Source: Styela clava
Lineage: Eukaryota
Assembly (NCBI RefSeq): GCF_964204865.1
Contig: NC_135257.1
Location: forward strand, 14,508,001-14,572,000
DNA: 64,000 nt
Reading direction: 5' to 3'
The notes beneath the pieces were generated by a model that was given only the letters and a program-made list of their open reading frames with translations, searched no databases and was not told the DNA's origin. Both the position numbers and the translations under genes were made by a program. Within the stretch, counting starts at the first letter, position 1. Each line of letters opens with the position of its first letter. Shown here in pieces: positions 39,601 through 52,833 of the stretch.

Positions 39601-40646
39601 CCGGAAGTACGGATTCAAATTTGATGACATCACACTAGGTAACCTCAAGTGATGTCATTGCATTCTCATGAATTTGTGTAATATCTTGGAATATTCCGAG
39701 AAGAGATACCCCCAACAGCGTGGATTAGACAATGAAAGCAGTTATTCACATGACCAACCACCATAGCCCAACCACCACAATATTTTGTTAATTTTTACCG
39801 TTCATTGATGTATTTATTCTTCACTGCTGTTGACTATATTAGGATATATCAAACAAACAAGTTTGGAAATGAGCCCTTAGAAACTGTTGTTTGGCTTGGT
39901 TAAGTATAAGCCTCGAAGGTAACATCTCAGTGCTTCAAAACAAATTTGTGAACTACAGAAGATGTTCTTTGGGAGATTCCAGTTTGTAACCATCGTAACG
40001 TATGTACTCGTGTTTTATCACTCCAAGTCCAATGCCTTCAATCGGCAGCCGATTTTATCAATTTGCTACTACATCAAAACTGTTTAAACTAGCTATGAAC
40101 AATGATGATGGAGTACAGCTGTAGGATGTCATTAGAAAAATCATTGTTACAATTTTCGCCGGCTAACTAACCCTGAATATTAGTAAACTACAAATGAACT
40201 CGATCTATACAGGATGAAATCCTATCATTAGGAAGTCTATCCATTTCACAATGTGCATGAAATTTGAATGTTACGCTCTTGTGTGATTGTTTGTTTTCTT
40301 TGGAGCACCAACACTTCAGAAATACATACGTAAAGTATTTTCGTAAAGTAAATGAATGAAATAATAGTGGAACACATGGACTCGATTAATACTAATGGCA
40401 TTGCAACTCTTATTCGAAGATCTGAGTAGTATAATACACGCACATCGGCTTCAATTTTGAATTTCGATAGGAATCGAATAGATAACTCGGCGACAATGTT
40501 CGAACTACATACAATGGAGAACAAGAATATCACATTATTTGTCCTATGATATGTTTAAATCATTTCTCACTCGAATATAAAAATATCTGTGCTCTCATTT
40601 TAACTTCTATTAACTGAAAACAATGCCTCAACTTCAATACACTTAC

Positions 40647-41100
40647 AATGTCCTATTTACAAATCTTATACAACTTCTCTTAAAAAATAAAATACAAACT
40701 CTCGCATGTAACTGAATCACCTAAATGTAATTCAAATGCATCTGACCAAGCGTTCTCTTTTTTCACTCGGTTATGCGGCGTGAATATCGTTCTCCATAAA
40801 GTGTGGTATTGCGGAGTAGCTCGCTCTCTGACGCATAAACGGAAATTGCTTTATCCTAATAGCTGTGATGAAAAGAAACCAGCCATTACGTTAACACGGT
40901 ATAGGCAATGAGTGCATGTATGTGCCAGCATCCTCGCGAAAGTGCGCGTCTCCATTAACATTGCAGACCGGTGTGATAATTTGTTTGAGACTCGCCGCGC
41001 GATGGCGCTCGATACTGTATATTGTGGATATTGAACATGTCCGCAGTGGATGTAGATAAAAAATAACAATAATTTTGGCTTCGCCGAGATTGAATGTCTT
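40647..41100 (-). promoter_or_regulatory. Possible promoter / 5' non-coding exon of the minus-strand gene
   Basis: CpG-rich patch at about 40740-41100; minus-strand donors GTAAGT at 40646 and AG|GTAAGC at 39416 could join the acceptor at 36753. Confidence 0.3.
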
Positions 41101-42514
41101 TTTAGGAAACTGTCAAACGTTTTTAAACCTACTTCGTGTCTTGCTCGCTAGTCGATTTTATTTATATAAATGTACAAATAAGAACAAAGTTCAATAACTT
41201 TTTTTTAAAAATTTTGATATTAAATAAGAAATCAATATTGGCACTGAAAAAGGAAAAACACAAACGTTGAACAAATGAAAAATTTCTGGTATTTAAAATT
41301 TAATAACTGTGTGTGCATATCAAGTGCATATGAGTAATTGGTATTGTTTAGCATCGTTTATTGCGTTTGTATTTGATTATTACTGCAATACTGTTTTATC
41401 TTATAAAACCTGATAAAAAAAATGTACAATAAACATCTGCGAGATGAAAACCATTCTTTAATCGGAAAATAGACAACAAGACTGTTTTTTTTTGTTACTT
41501 TTTTCTTTAAGCATTTTATTAAACTGTGTGTAACAGAGATGTTTTACTGAACAAAATATTTTTATTAGGCTTTCATTTACATAGCTCCTTGTAAATCAGT
41601 CGGATTTCATAGCTTTTACTATACATGCTGTAAATAAAGTACATTTTGGTTGTACTAATTTAGCTGTTATAGATATCTATTTCAGTACTTAGGTGACAGC
41701 GAGCTTTTGGCGAACGACGGGTCAATTTGGAATTGTCATAAAAATTAAAGTTTTGCTTGCCATAAACTTTCCCTTCGCATTGATTGGAAAGCGAGGGATA
41801 TTTATTTTTCGTCAACCAGAAAAAAGAAGCAACAATAAAAAGATATACATACAACAATACAATAACGCAAAGTTTTTCGGTATAGACTAGGAGGAGCGAT
41901 ACGACCATACGGTCATCAGAGTCAACTCCCGTCATATTCACTGGGACACATAAAGTTAAACAACCAAGATCTCCATATGTTTACAAACTAAGGTGTGACG
42001 ACCCTTATTTCTATCTTTTAAATGCCATTATTTGATCATACTGTTGGATTTTGTATACCAACGTTCGGGGCACTGATGGCGCTGTAACACTGTCAATCTT
42101 TTTTTGTTGTTATCCAGTTAAGATAGCTCTTACCAGTTGTAACAATGCAGCCGTGATTGATAGTCAGTCAAATCTGACCCATCCGTAAATCTATCAGTCG
42201 AAACCATAACTCTGATTTCGCACACGACCCTAAGATATCTCAAACTAGCATAACACCAAAATTGGCCAGTTCCAGTCGCCATTTGTAATAATTCCGAGCT
42301 GAAGCCTAACATATACTTTGTATCGATGGATATGGTTACCAAAATCGTGTTGATTGGAATATAACAATAACGTTATCAGACATCACTACAAATAATTTTG
42401 ATAACTTTCTCTCTCGGAATTTCGAATCGAGTCGATTAGAATCAACGCCAATTCCAATTGATCCGAAGCAATTTCAGAAAAAAAAAAACGGCTCGATTTT
42501 ATTAAACAAATAAT

Positions 42515-42933
42515 AACCAGAGAGCTACGCACAAATATATGGACACGTTAGACCAGAGCGAATCAGTCCTTACCGGTACCTTTGACGCTACCGGTACCCT
42601 CAAAAAAGTTCTGAATTTCCAGTAGCAAGAATTTTGCAGAATCAAAACGTACAGCCAGTCATGACACTGACTAAAATCCGTGTTCCCATTGATAAAAAAT
42701 AATACAGCAAAATTTTAGACGAAATATCAAATTTCATAGAATTCACGCAAAATTTTGAAATAAATAAAAGTAATAGCCTTCTAGCGAAAAAATTAATCTT
42801 TAACCACTGAAAATTTCAAAGCAATTGGTCCAGTATTCGAAGAGAAAAGCGACTTTTTAAAAACGTGTCAAAGAACAACAACAACAACAACATAATATTG
42901 AAACGATCGTTATGGCCACTAAACGTGTCCAAT
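42515..42933. mobile_element. Non-autonomous element with subterminal inverted repeats and a (CAA)n microsatellite (Helentron/HINE-like layout)
   Basis: TGGACACGTTAG (about 42540) vs CTAAACGTGTCCA (about 42919), ACA/CAA repeat at about 42874-42892, AT-rich flanks and no TSD. Confidence 0.5.
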
Positions 42934-44611
42934 AATACAAATACCACGGAGCGATTGCACGACACAGTGACGTTGTCTCAACATCGACCACATCCGTATT
43001 TCGTTCATTGTTCTTGAGTTTACAGCATATTTCCCTAAGTCTTAACGATCATGGCGTTGTTATTTTTACATATGGGTCACAGTTTTAAAGTAACCAATGG
43101 TTTCACCTAATTTTGTACGACTGCTTGAAGAAGTTACAAATTTTTGGCAACCATGATTTCGAGACGTCGCACCAAAACTGGGTTGATTTTTTTAATTTCC
43201 ACGACATTATCGTTGAACTATTGCCTATTGGTATAATAAATACTTTAAATTTATACTTGAAAAAAAGACCGATGGAATCATACATGTGAACACTGCGGAC
43301 AACAAAATTGCTGACATTCAGATTCTCGAGACGCTTAATTAAAACAATAAGTATTATTTTATCGCACTGACGGTTGTTGGAGCGCGTCAATTAGCAGGGG
43401 TTCATCAATTAGAGCCAGTTGCTTATTTGATCATTTGAATGTTGACGCAGTTTCGTTGTATTCGTAAAATAGTATAGTGGTCACATTGCTAGCACTTAGG
43501 CCTAGGGTTAGGTAATTTGTTGCCAATATTCACGAACATATGCTTTGCGGAAATGTGCTACAATTGTATGGAATGTAAGACTTATCTCATGTTATTCAGT
43601 GCAGTATGTCGGAAGTGCGTCATTGAGAAATAATACTTCATGTTCGAAAGTTCTCGGCCTCAGGGCTTTAGTGATTTATAAACAGTAACGTTCAACTGTT
43701 TGCGGGTACTTAACCAAGAGAATACGATTAGACTTTTACAATAGCAATATTCAGCGGCGTATGATATCTTGTTCTGCTGCCAAGTGTCAGGAATTTAGAC
43801 ATTAGTGTCACGTTCGCAGTCATAATATATTGATCTGTGGTTACGTTTATACAATGTAATATCGTTGTCTGTAATAGTCTGATCAAACGTATGCGGCTCT
43901 CGCGCCGAGTTTATAAAACGCAATATGCCCTTGCGCCTGGTTGACATAAGGCTGATCAAAACGCTGGTGGTTAAAATAGATCTGCTGTTGTAAATTGTTT
44001 TAGACAGAGTTTAGCGTATATTGCGCCAATAGCTGCTAATTGCTGAGAAATGACGTTCGTATGCGACTTTAGTTCGAATTTATCTGTTGTGCTTCGCGGA
44101 AGTTGTTTTTTCTTTGCATTCATTGCAATATGCCAGTTCGAAGTCACGTCATGTTTTTAATATTAATTGGTCGCGATCAAAATGAAACGACAGCACTAAA
44201 GAAGTTATTTATAAATGGGAACATATGCAGCAAACAGTCGAATAACAGTTATGGGTGTGTTGTTGTTGTTTTCACCAATATATAATAACATCTAATTCTA
44301 CTTGGTGAAACTCGAGTAATTTAAAGTACAGGAACGCGTGTTTATAATTGTAAAATTTAACATTTGATATAATATTAGACAGAGAGTCCAAACAGTTTCA
44401 GGGTAATTAGTTATTCCATGTCCTTTATTAGTCGATAAAGTAAAATAATTTTCGTGTAGAAAATATCGTGATGGACTTCGTTTTATATTAGAGTTGCTCG
44501 TTGTTAATTGTTCACGACAATTTTTTGGTCTAGTGATTAGATGTGATAAACTATTTTCTGTTCATTATAGATTTTTTTTCCTATGTTTTAGGTACTTTTA
44601 AATAAATCAGA

Positions 44612-44789
44612 ATGGACGAAGTGGAAATAAAGAATAAATTACATGAAGAAATCAAAGAAACATTTAGGACGTTTCCTAGTCGTATTTTAGGAATTGAAGC
44701 AGAACAATATTTCAACAGAAATTTCAGTTATTTTTTTGTGACTACCACGTCGTTGTTTATTTTTTCGATTTTACTTTTGGCTTTTATAG
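44612..44789 (+). CDS. Candidate exon of a small single-pass membrane protein (MDEVEIKNKLHEEIKETF...FFVTTTSLFIFSILLLAFI)
   Basis: Acceptor TTTTAG at 44591, ATG in AGAATGG context, charged N-terminus then hydrophobic run, strong donor AG|GTAAGT at 44790. Confidence 0.45.
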
Positions 44790-44987
44790 GTAAGTTAATA
44801 TGCATTTTTATTATTCTTGGAAGCCATTCATCTATTTTCAGAGGGACAGATTCAAGCGCACTGTTTTAACCATAATGCACAACCTTGCTAAAATGTTGTT
44901 TCCCTTTTCGATATTCTATAGCAAGCTTTGAAACAACTGTTTGAGAATAAAAAATGCATTATCTAATTCAATGGACATACTTTACAT

Positions 44988-46162
44988 CAGGCCTGCGCAA
45001 CTTAAATGAACGAAATGCGGCCCGCGGGTCTTGCAATGTACAGGCTTGCTTGGCAGTATTGTTTTGTTGATATTCGATCCATTATTTTCATATATATACA
45101 GGTATGTGTTACCCGTGCTGCTTCCCAGAGAAAAACAGAAAAAAATCAGGACATATGAACGAGGTTAGTCGGTTTTATGTTGATCACTCTTCGCTCTAAT
45201 TACATGCTTTTACCTTGGTTTAACGTCGAACATTTGTATTGGAAGCTGATTCAGTCGATTGGGCCAAGCAATAAATATTGCTATTTTGCAGTCACGCGAA
45301 AAAGTGATGAAATATTATGACTTACATAGTCTTTCCTATAGCAGGGGTGAGCAACCCTTGTTACAGGAGGGCCAGATACAAATAACGTGGTGAAACAGCG
45401 AGCCGCATTTTTTTAACGGATTTCTAGTAGTTCAGGTACAAAAAATATTCAAATCTTTCCACAACGACGTCAAACGAATTCAGTGTGTAATTTGCACCTG
45501 GCTTTTTTTCCCGACAACATTTTTTTAGAATTGATTTAATGGAAGTGTCAGCAATTCGAAGTCCATTTTTCAAATGTTCGTCCGCCGAAACCAATCGATA
45601 AGGATATTTCATGATGTCCATTTTAGAAAAAAATTGTTCACGCAAATATCTTGAGCCAAAAAGTGCCATATTTGAAGCCATGACTTTTTTCAAAGGCAGA
45701 AAGTTGTCTTGGTTGATTGATATGTTTCCGGTACAAATCGCCAAGATTCATTTCCAAATACTCTGCTGTAAAATCTGTCTTATTCTAAACTGGACAAAAT
45801 CGACTAATATGCTGGAAGCAAAACTCATTTAGCTGCTGTATCTCTTAATAGTATAATTCTTCAAACTGCTTTCTAATTGCCTAACCTTCAATTGCCCGTT
45901 CTCCCCAATTTATTAGCGTCAGCTATGCACTTTTTTCAAATTGCTCACTGCTCACCAAGTGACAGCTTTGTGAATCGTGTTGTTCGCTTCGCTGTTAGGA
46001 CATTGTGACGTCACAGGCCCAGATAATAAATTGGACTCAGGTATAACCTTTGCAGCGCAGGGGGATTGGAATTGCTCGCGGGAACCAAATTAAAACTAAA
46101 TCAAAAACTCGTTTTGCGGGTCGCACACCATTCAAAATTGGCATTTCTCCGCGGGCTGCGCA
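44988..46162. mobile_element. Cluster of hAT (Charlie/SPIN group) remnants including a transposase C-terminal relic
   Basis: TIR-like ends CAGGCCTGCGCAAC (44988) and CAGGGGTGAGCAACC (45342); minus ORF 45424-45744 LFGSRYLREQFFSKM...DEHL..LRIA resembles the hATC region of SPIN/GTF2IRD2-type transposases. Confidence 0.75.
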
Positions 46163-46349
46163 ATACGTGTTTTAAACCCTACTCGAGGTTTTGCCTGTTT
46201 TCCCGATTTCCCATTATTCTGTGTGTTTGTTTTATGTGTTCATTATTTGTTATGTGTATGTTTTTTTGGGGAAATCAAAATAAAGATTATTATATTATTA
46301 TTTATTTCCGTGTAGGCGCATTCGCAGGTTGCACAGGTTGCCTTATTGG

Positions 46350-46642
46350 ATAGGATTTACATATTTATCCCGTGGGAGAAAAAAGCCGATAGAACAGCTT
46401 AATCATATGACGAACCACGGCCTCTCCTCCAGTTTGTTAGCCAGGTATCCGTTTACAGATGCATGAACTTGATGGCGGAAGAAGCCGCAACCGACCAGAG
46501 GTTACGTGAACCACATCACGGCGGCGAGGAGTCCAGCATTTCTCTCGCACGAGATTCGAATCTGCGAAACCAAGCAAGGTAATCAGAGGTTCGATGGCGA
46601 GCGTATTCCTATTTCCTAACGCTTAGCACGATGCGCCACACC
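46350..46642 (-). mobile_element. tRNA-derived SINE
   Basis: Minus strand GGTGTGGCGCATCGTGCTAAGCG (A-box) ... GATTCGAATCT (B-box-like); second copy at about 23705-23965. Confidence 0.75.
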
Positions 46643-46699
46643 TGAGTTATATGAATTTTAGAGAATGGTGAATTCGTTCACTTTGTTATTAGTTATATT

Positions 46700-46873
46700 G
46701 GTGGGATTCGGCCGGTTCGCACAGGTTCTATAGAACCGTCTCACTGAATTTTATGATATCAGCGAACCAGTTAGTATTACTGAGAAAAAACATGACTTTC
46801 TGTAACAGAACCAGCGGCAAAATATGACTTTTGTGATGGAACCGGCTAACAAAAAATTTGAATCTCACCACTG
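46700..46873. mobile_element. MITE with GAACCGG-type subterminal repeats
   Basis: GGTGGGATTC ... GAATCTCACCACTG; flanks GTTATATT / GTTATAAT (7/8 match, TSD-like). Confidence 0.75.
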
Positions 46874-49420
46874 GTTATAATCCGTCTTTTGTGCGGTTTG
46901 TCCCAAGAAAGGTCGCGAACACAACGTGTAAAATCACTTTAGCAACGTTAGCGACAATGGTCAAGTTCTGAACTACATGTGTATATCAATCAGGTGGTGA
47001 TCACTGATACATATAGCGTTTTTTGTTCCAACTGTTCGTAATTTTCAACCTCGTGAAGCATTGTTATGTTTTTTAAGACGTTTGGTGGCGATAGCGAACT
47101 GGAGCCTACTGAAAACGGACGAAGAAGATGATAAAGAACAACTGTAGTTGATTGGTAGCACAATGTTACTCTGAGATTCTGAGTTTCGGATATGCTAACG
47201 AAGAACTAAAAGGCCCTCCATGTGGTTATTTCTGCGATATATTTGGGAACGAATACTCGCGTAGAATTAGATTTGTTTATATGACGAATTATATTATATA
47301 TTTATAGTGATAATTGTTTACTATTTTTTCCAAGCTCAAAAGCACGAATTTAATATATTTTAAATATGCCTACGTTATCCGTATTGGAGTTGTCAATAGA
47401 CATTTCATTTAAAGCCGGCTGAGTACCTTTAAGTCAAAGACAACCATGTTGAACAATAAATATTGCTCCAAGCTTAAAGAAGTGATTTAGAAAACAAAAA
47501 CAATGATAATAAATTATTTCGATACTTAATCTCTGACGACCTACATTAAGTCTACTGTAAAAAAAACAAAAATCAAAAACATTGAGGATTGATCATTTCA
47601 ATAAGTGTCTAGTCATCTCTGAACTGATTCATCTGTTTCTGATCGTATTATTTTTCAAGAGAACACCACGTCAGCATTTTCAATAGGCCATTGGAAAGCA
47701 TATTAATTCAATTCGTTTATTACTCCAGACCGCTGTGGTCCATATAAAAACAACACAACAAATAAACATAAGCAAAACGAAAATAACACAATAAATACAT
47801 AAAATAACTGGTATGACAATCAGATTCACAGTAGTAAGTCTCAAAAAAGAGTTATAATATAGCAATTTAAGAGGGCAAAAGTGAGGTATAGAATCTAAGG
47901 TAGCCCGTAACAAACAGTATCGACGGGGATTGTGTGACTTGTTACTAGATTTTAGTTGAACCTAGTTTAGCCTATACATCAGCCTAAAATCTTTAAAGCA
48001 GTGTTACATACAATCTTACTCCCGAGCCTATGGTTGAGTAAAACGTTCGCCAACAGATTTACAACAGCATTGCCCACACTCCACGTACATTCAAACAAGA
48101 AATGTACATTGTTGTATAAATATAATGTATACAATTTTGGTATCCGATTGCAAATTTCTAGAATCCGTAACCGCAGAAACTGGAACCAAGACCAGGAAAA
48201 TGAGTATCAAAATAACACACAAAATGATACATTCTTAATATAACACATATATGAATATTTGGGCCAACTTATTAAATCTGCAGTATTTTATGTTACAACC
48301 ACTATTACTATCCATTACGGCATAAGTTATGCGTTTGATGGATATGGAATACTGTATATAGGCCTATAGGTAAATTAAAATTTAAAATACATCTTATTTT
48401 ATTTTATTGGGTTTCTTAATATTGTTATAATGTGTGAACTGACATATTAAAAGAAAAGTCACTGATCATTACAATCTTCCGGGATAAATTGTCGTATACA
48501 ATATGCCATATTATCGAATTAGTGGTTTAAATCCAGGGCTACCCTACTCTTAGCTCACAAAGTATTTTCACCAAGCGCGATTATAACTTTATGGATGGCC
48601 GTAAATAGTATTGAATTATTCATAAACTAAAACTGTTGACGTGCCTTTTGGGACTTTCTTGTGCCATTTGAGAAGATCGATATATTTTCGTATCGTAAGT
48701 TCGCGGTGTGCTTCTCGCCAGCCACTCTAAAATATTCATGAAGACACTACAGACGGACGGATGTTCGATCCAATTTATTTTTCATTTTAACGTGATAGGC
48801 CGCAGACTGGTGCGATTAAAAGAAATTTAGTTAAGAAAACTTAAGGATCAGAGCGCAGTGATCTTCAATGTAATACTTGTAGGCTATATAAGACTTTTTG
48901 AGTCAGGGCAGCGTTTGTGGTTATTAAAAAATAATCGAAAACCATCGACAGAAGTTATGAAGCGTAAATGGAATCATCGACCAGCATATAAACTTTATTT
49001 CTTGTGTTAGAATCGAAGTTATTTAGTATGTAACATAAACAGTAAAACAAAAGCGGTTTAGGAATCATGGGGATCGGTGGTTGGGGTGTTAATTATGCGT
49101 TATGAACGCAGTTGTCAACTTTGAGGGAGCTGACTCTGATGACCGCATGGTCGTATCGCTTCCTCCAGTCTATATAAAAAAAAAAACGTTGTGGGAATTA
49201 TGTATGAAGGGTTGCTGAAATCATCATGATTGCAATGATTGATAGGTAGTATATATAATATTCTGTAATTTTCACCGCTCTGGAAATACACACAGTTCAA
49301 GGAAAATACATGAATCGAATGAAGAAAACTATTCCAAAATGAAAAGATTACAAAAAATAGTTATCGAGTAACGACACCCGTGAAGCCACTGGCTGTTACG
49401 ACTTCCTCAATGTTCTAAGG

Positions 49421-50412
49421 CAGGGGTGGGCAACTTCTCTAGTCGGCGGGCCAGATGTGGGAAAATTAAGTCCTCGGCGGGCCGGATTATTACAAAAAAT
49501 ACTTCGGTATCCAATCTTTGTTAAATGCTCGACAGTCTCTGTCAATTTTACGTTTCTTGGGATATTTAATGGTTAATAAAACCTAATATTAATATAAAAT
49601 CTAATTCCTAAAATCTATTTATATTGAGAATATAAATATAACTGATAACAGTAGTGGGGAATGTTTACAACGCTCTCTGCTTTGACCTTATATTGTTTGT
49701 TTACCAAGTGCGCTAAGGCAATGGACCTTTCTCCGAGCATCGACTTCCTTGTTTACTTCGTGACATTCGCCAATCAGCAAGATGCAAAAAGTGACGTAAC
49801 AATGCTCCCTTTTCGCATCTGCTCAGACAGATTTTCAGGCGTGGTCGTAAACATTACCTCGTTTTCATGTTTTTGAACTCTATTCGTTAGTTTTCAGTTG
49901 TGTTTCGGAAATTTAAATAGAAATTAGATAAGTCAATGATTACTCTGTCTTAAGAGTTTTTGATTTAATTGCAGAAATAAAAAAATTAGTGTAGAAATAA
50001 CTGTGATAGACTAGGCCAAAATTCTTTACCGGTATTTTTAAAAAACATATTGTTGTATGCGATAAATAATAATGATAGTTTCAAACACATACCCCATTTT
50101 ACAAGCGCCAACTCGCGAAACCACTTTTAAAAGGAGCCCCGACAATTTTGCACAATGGTAAAGACTTTTCACAATGGTAATGATCTTTCGGGGGTCAAAG
50201 GTCGGAAGAGAGAGGTCAATTGTTTGTTCATTAAGACAATTGTTTGTTTCCCCAGCTCGCACTGACAGTGTGGTGAGAGTAGAGTGATCGGCAACTTTCA
50301 GGAATGATGCGTCGTACCACATTACAGAGTGAGGTTGGATACAGTCGGCGGGCCGGTCAAAATCTCGTCGCGGGCCGGACCCGGCCCGCGGGCCGTATGT
50401 TGCCCACCCCTG
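49421..50412. mobile_element. hAT-type non-autonomous element, 992 bp, apparently young
   Basis: Perfect 14-bp TIR CAGGGGTGGGCAAC / GTTGCCCACCCCTG, exact 8-bp TSD TTCTAAGG, GCGGGCC subterminal motifs. Confidence 0.95.
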
Positions 50413-50849
50413 TTCTAAGGCCATGCATACAAAACAATTAATTTGTTATGTAATGATGATTGACCAAGCATTTCTATTTTCAAGAATAAGTGTGGATTTC
50501 CAATTATTATATTCTAAATTCTAAAATGAAAAGGATACTGAATGTAATTGTGAAATGGGGAAAACGGTTACTGTATTTACATAGTAGGTAGCAAAGATGT
50601 TGGAGCATTTGGAACTTACAGACTGATCCTCTTAAACAATAAATATCACTATAAATCCTATCCTATGAATAGAAGGAGATTTAAAATTTGCAGCTGTTAT
50701 CAGTTAATTACTGTGTTTTAACCCATGTATTCTTACAACTGGAGAACTTTGTGTTAATAAATTCCGTGTAATTAAATTCGACTGAAAGCAATTCCAATCA
50801 TCATTAACTCGTTTGAAACAGTGATAAGTAATTTACTCCCCAAGTTAGC

Positions 50850-51094
50850 CAGATTCGCTATGCCCTGCTGGTTACGCAAAAGTTGAAGAAATTCTTTGGG
50901 AAATCCCCGTACTGCCGCGGGGCTTGTTTGCCGATTTGCCCATGTTGTTTGTTGCTGTTCTGGTCGTGGTATGTTTTCACCTCTGTACTGTACACGCAAT
51001 ACGAATGTAAAAGAACAGTTGTAGGACTAATATCTTATTAAGATATATTAGAGTTAGCATGGTTGAAGAGTTTCGACGCCACTGCTTCGCTGAG
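50850..51094 (+). promoter_or_regulatory. Probable KIF1 promoter / non-coding first exon
   Basis: CpG/GC-richer patch ending in a strong donor GAG|GTAAGC at 51095, 1.7 kb upstream of the ATG. Confidence 0.4.
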
Positions 51095-52833
51095 GTAAGC
51101 TGACACGTAACACCAGAATGCGGTAACATTATCTTGCAATAGCAGAATAAAGTACGGCAAAATAAGAATTAATATTTAGATCGCTTTCATCTGTCCATAG
51201 TGAAGATCATATCAAGTTTGATGAACAAGTCAGATTTTATAGTACCTTAGTCTAGTTATTACAGTATAAGACTATTTACAGTGTATTTTACTGTATTTTG
51301 CTGGACAGACTGAAAGACAATTGATACGACTATGTAAGCCTTAAATCTTCAGTTTGGTAACATGTGTGTGCCTAATGTAATCTTCTAGCCAATTCTTTGT
51401 TCTAGATGAAGGAATATAATATTGCTGATATGGTACTAAATCAAAAAGAAATCATTCATCAATATGCATATTTTGTAAGGAAAGAATAGAACTGGACTTA
51501 TTTTTATCTTTATTACCGGTAAATGCTTTTCTTATTTCCTTGAATAATCAATTTTATAAGCATTACATAATTGAACTTTTCAATTCTTGAGCGATATGAT
51601 GTTACTTTGTGTGACTATTTAAATCTTGTCCCTGGTGGAATCTCTCTCATAATTTTGTTAAATATATTTCCTTTTGTACCTAAATAGTGACGATCTATAT
51701 CTATGATATTTGTTGCCTACCTGTGACTTTGCTATGGGTACAAAAAGTATAATAATGGAATAGCTTTGATAATGTATATGTTCATATGTAACTAATATTT
51801 ATATGGGATTCAAGAATACATTTTGTAGTTGAGGTAGATTTTTACTGCTTTTAAATCAACAGTTTCTGTTCAATTTCCTGTGTCACTTAGATTTTTTCAA
51901 TTTAGTGTATGTTTACTAATACTGAAATATTACTGAGATTATGCATTTCACATTGAGTATTTTTGATTTCGCTTTTTGCAAATTCTAAAAAAAACTAAGA
52001 GTAACTCCGTGGCACAATTTGAGCTATACAAAAATATGAAAAATATAAAAGTAACATCCTTCTCAGAGATGCTTCAATCTTCAACTACTCAAAATGTTGA
52101 AGGGATATGGTCAGTAGTTGAAGCGAAAGATGATTCCGTCCCAACAATATTAATTATTAACAATTTAGCAAAGTTTTTCTGTTGGTGACATTGGCTTGCT
52201 TTTTGATTGTTTATATTGACCCAAGACGAGGTCAAAAGAAGGCAGTCTTAACTAATAGAGATTGATTTAAAACTAAGGCTGCTATCAAGTATTAATTATT
52301 TGAGGACTTGAAGTATTTATTAAGGTAATGAGAACAGTAAAACTACATATTGTTAATACACATGATATATGATATTTTTCGGAAATTTTTTTTTTTTTCT
52401 GCACTGTGGTTATTCTAAATTCATCTTTACAACTTAATTTAATTCAGTATTATTATTACATACAGACATTTTGAAGAAAATCAATTTTGGAGTTCTTTCA
52501 TTTGATAGAATCTGTGAATAATTTTTTACTATATTTTCTCCAAATCTCCAACATCAATTTTTTTTGCTTTACAAATTTTAGGGAAAATGTGTAGCCTTTT
52601 TAACAATAGGCCACTGCATTAACATTAGTCTCATATTTTAGTTAAACTTACTTACTTTCTTCATTCTTAATATCTTCTCAGAATTAAAATAATAAAATTA
52701 GTTAGGAATGATCATTCCAAAATTTTCTGTTAATTTGGTAATTAAATCATAAACACAATATCTCAATGCACAAATGTAGTCAGAAATTTCAACAAATTCA
52801 CATTTGAACATTGGACTGAAGTAAATCAACAGA

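Noticed and set aside
50038-50424. 128-aa ORF (MALEQGWATYGPRAGSGP...)
   Set aside because: Reads through the hAT TIR; such peptides are typical translations of MITE ends
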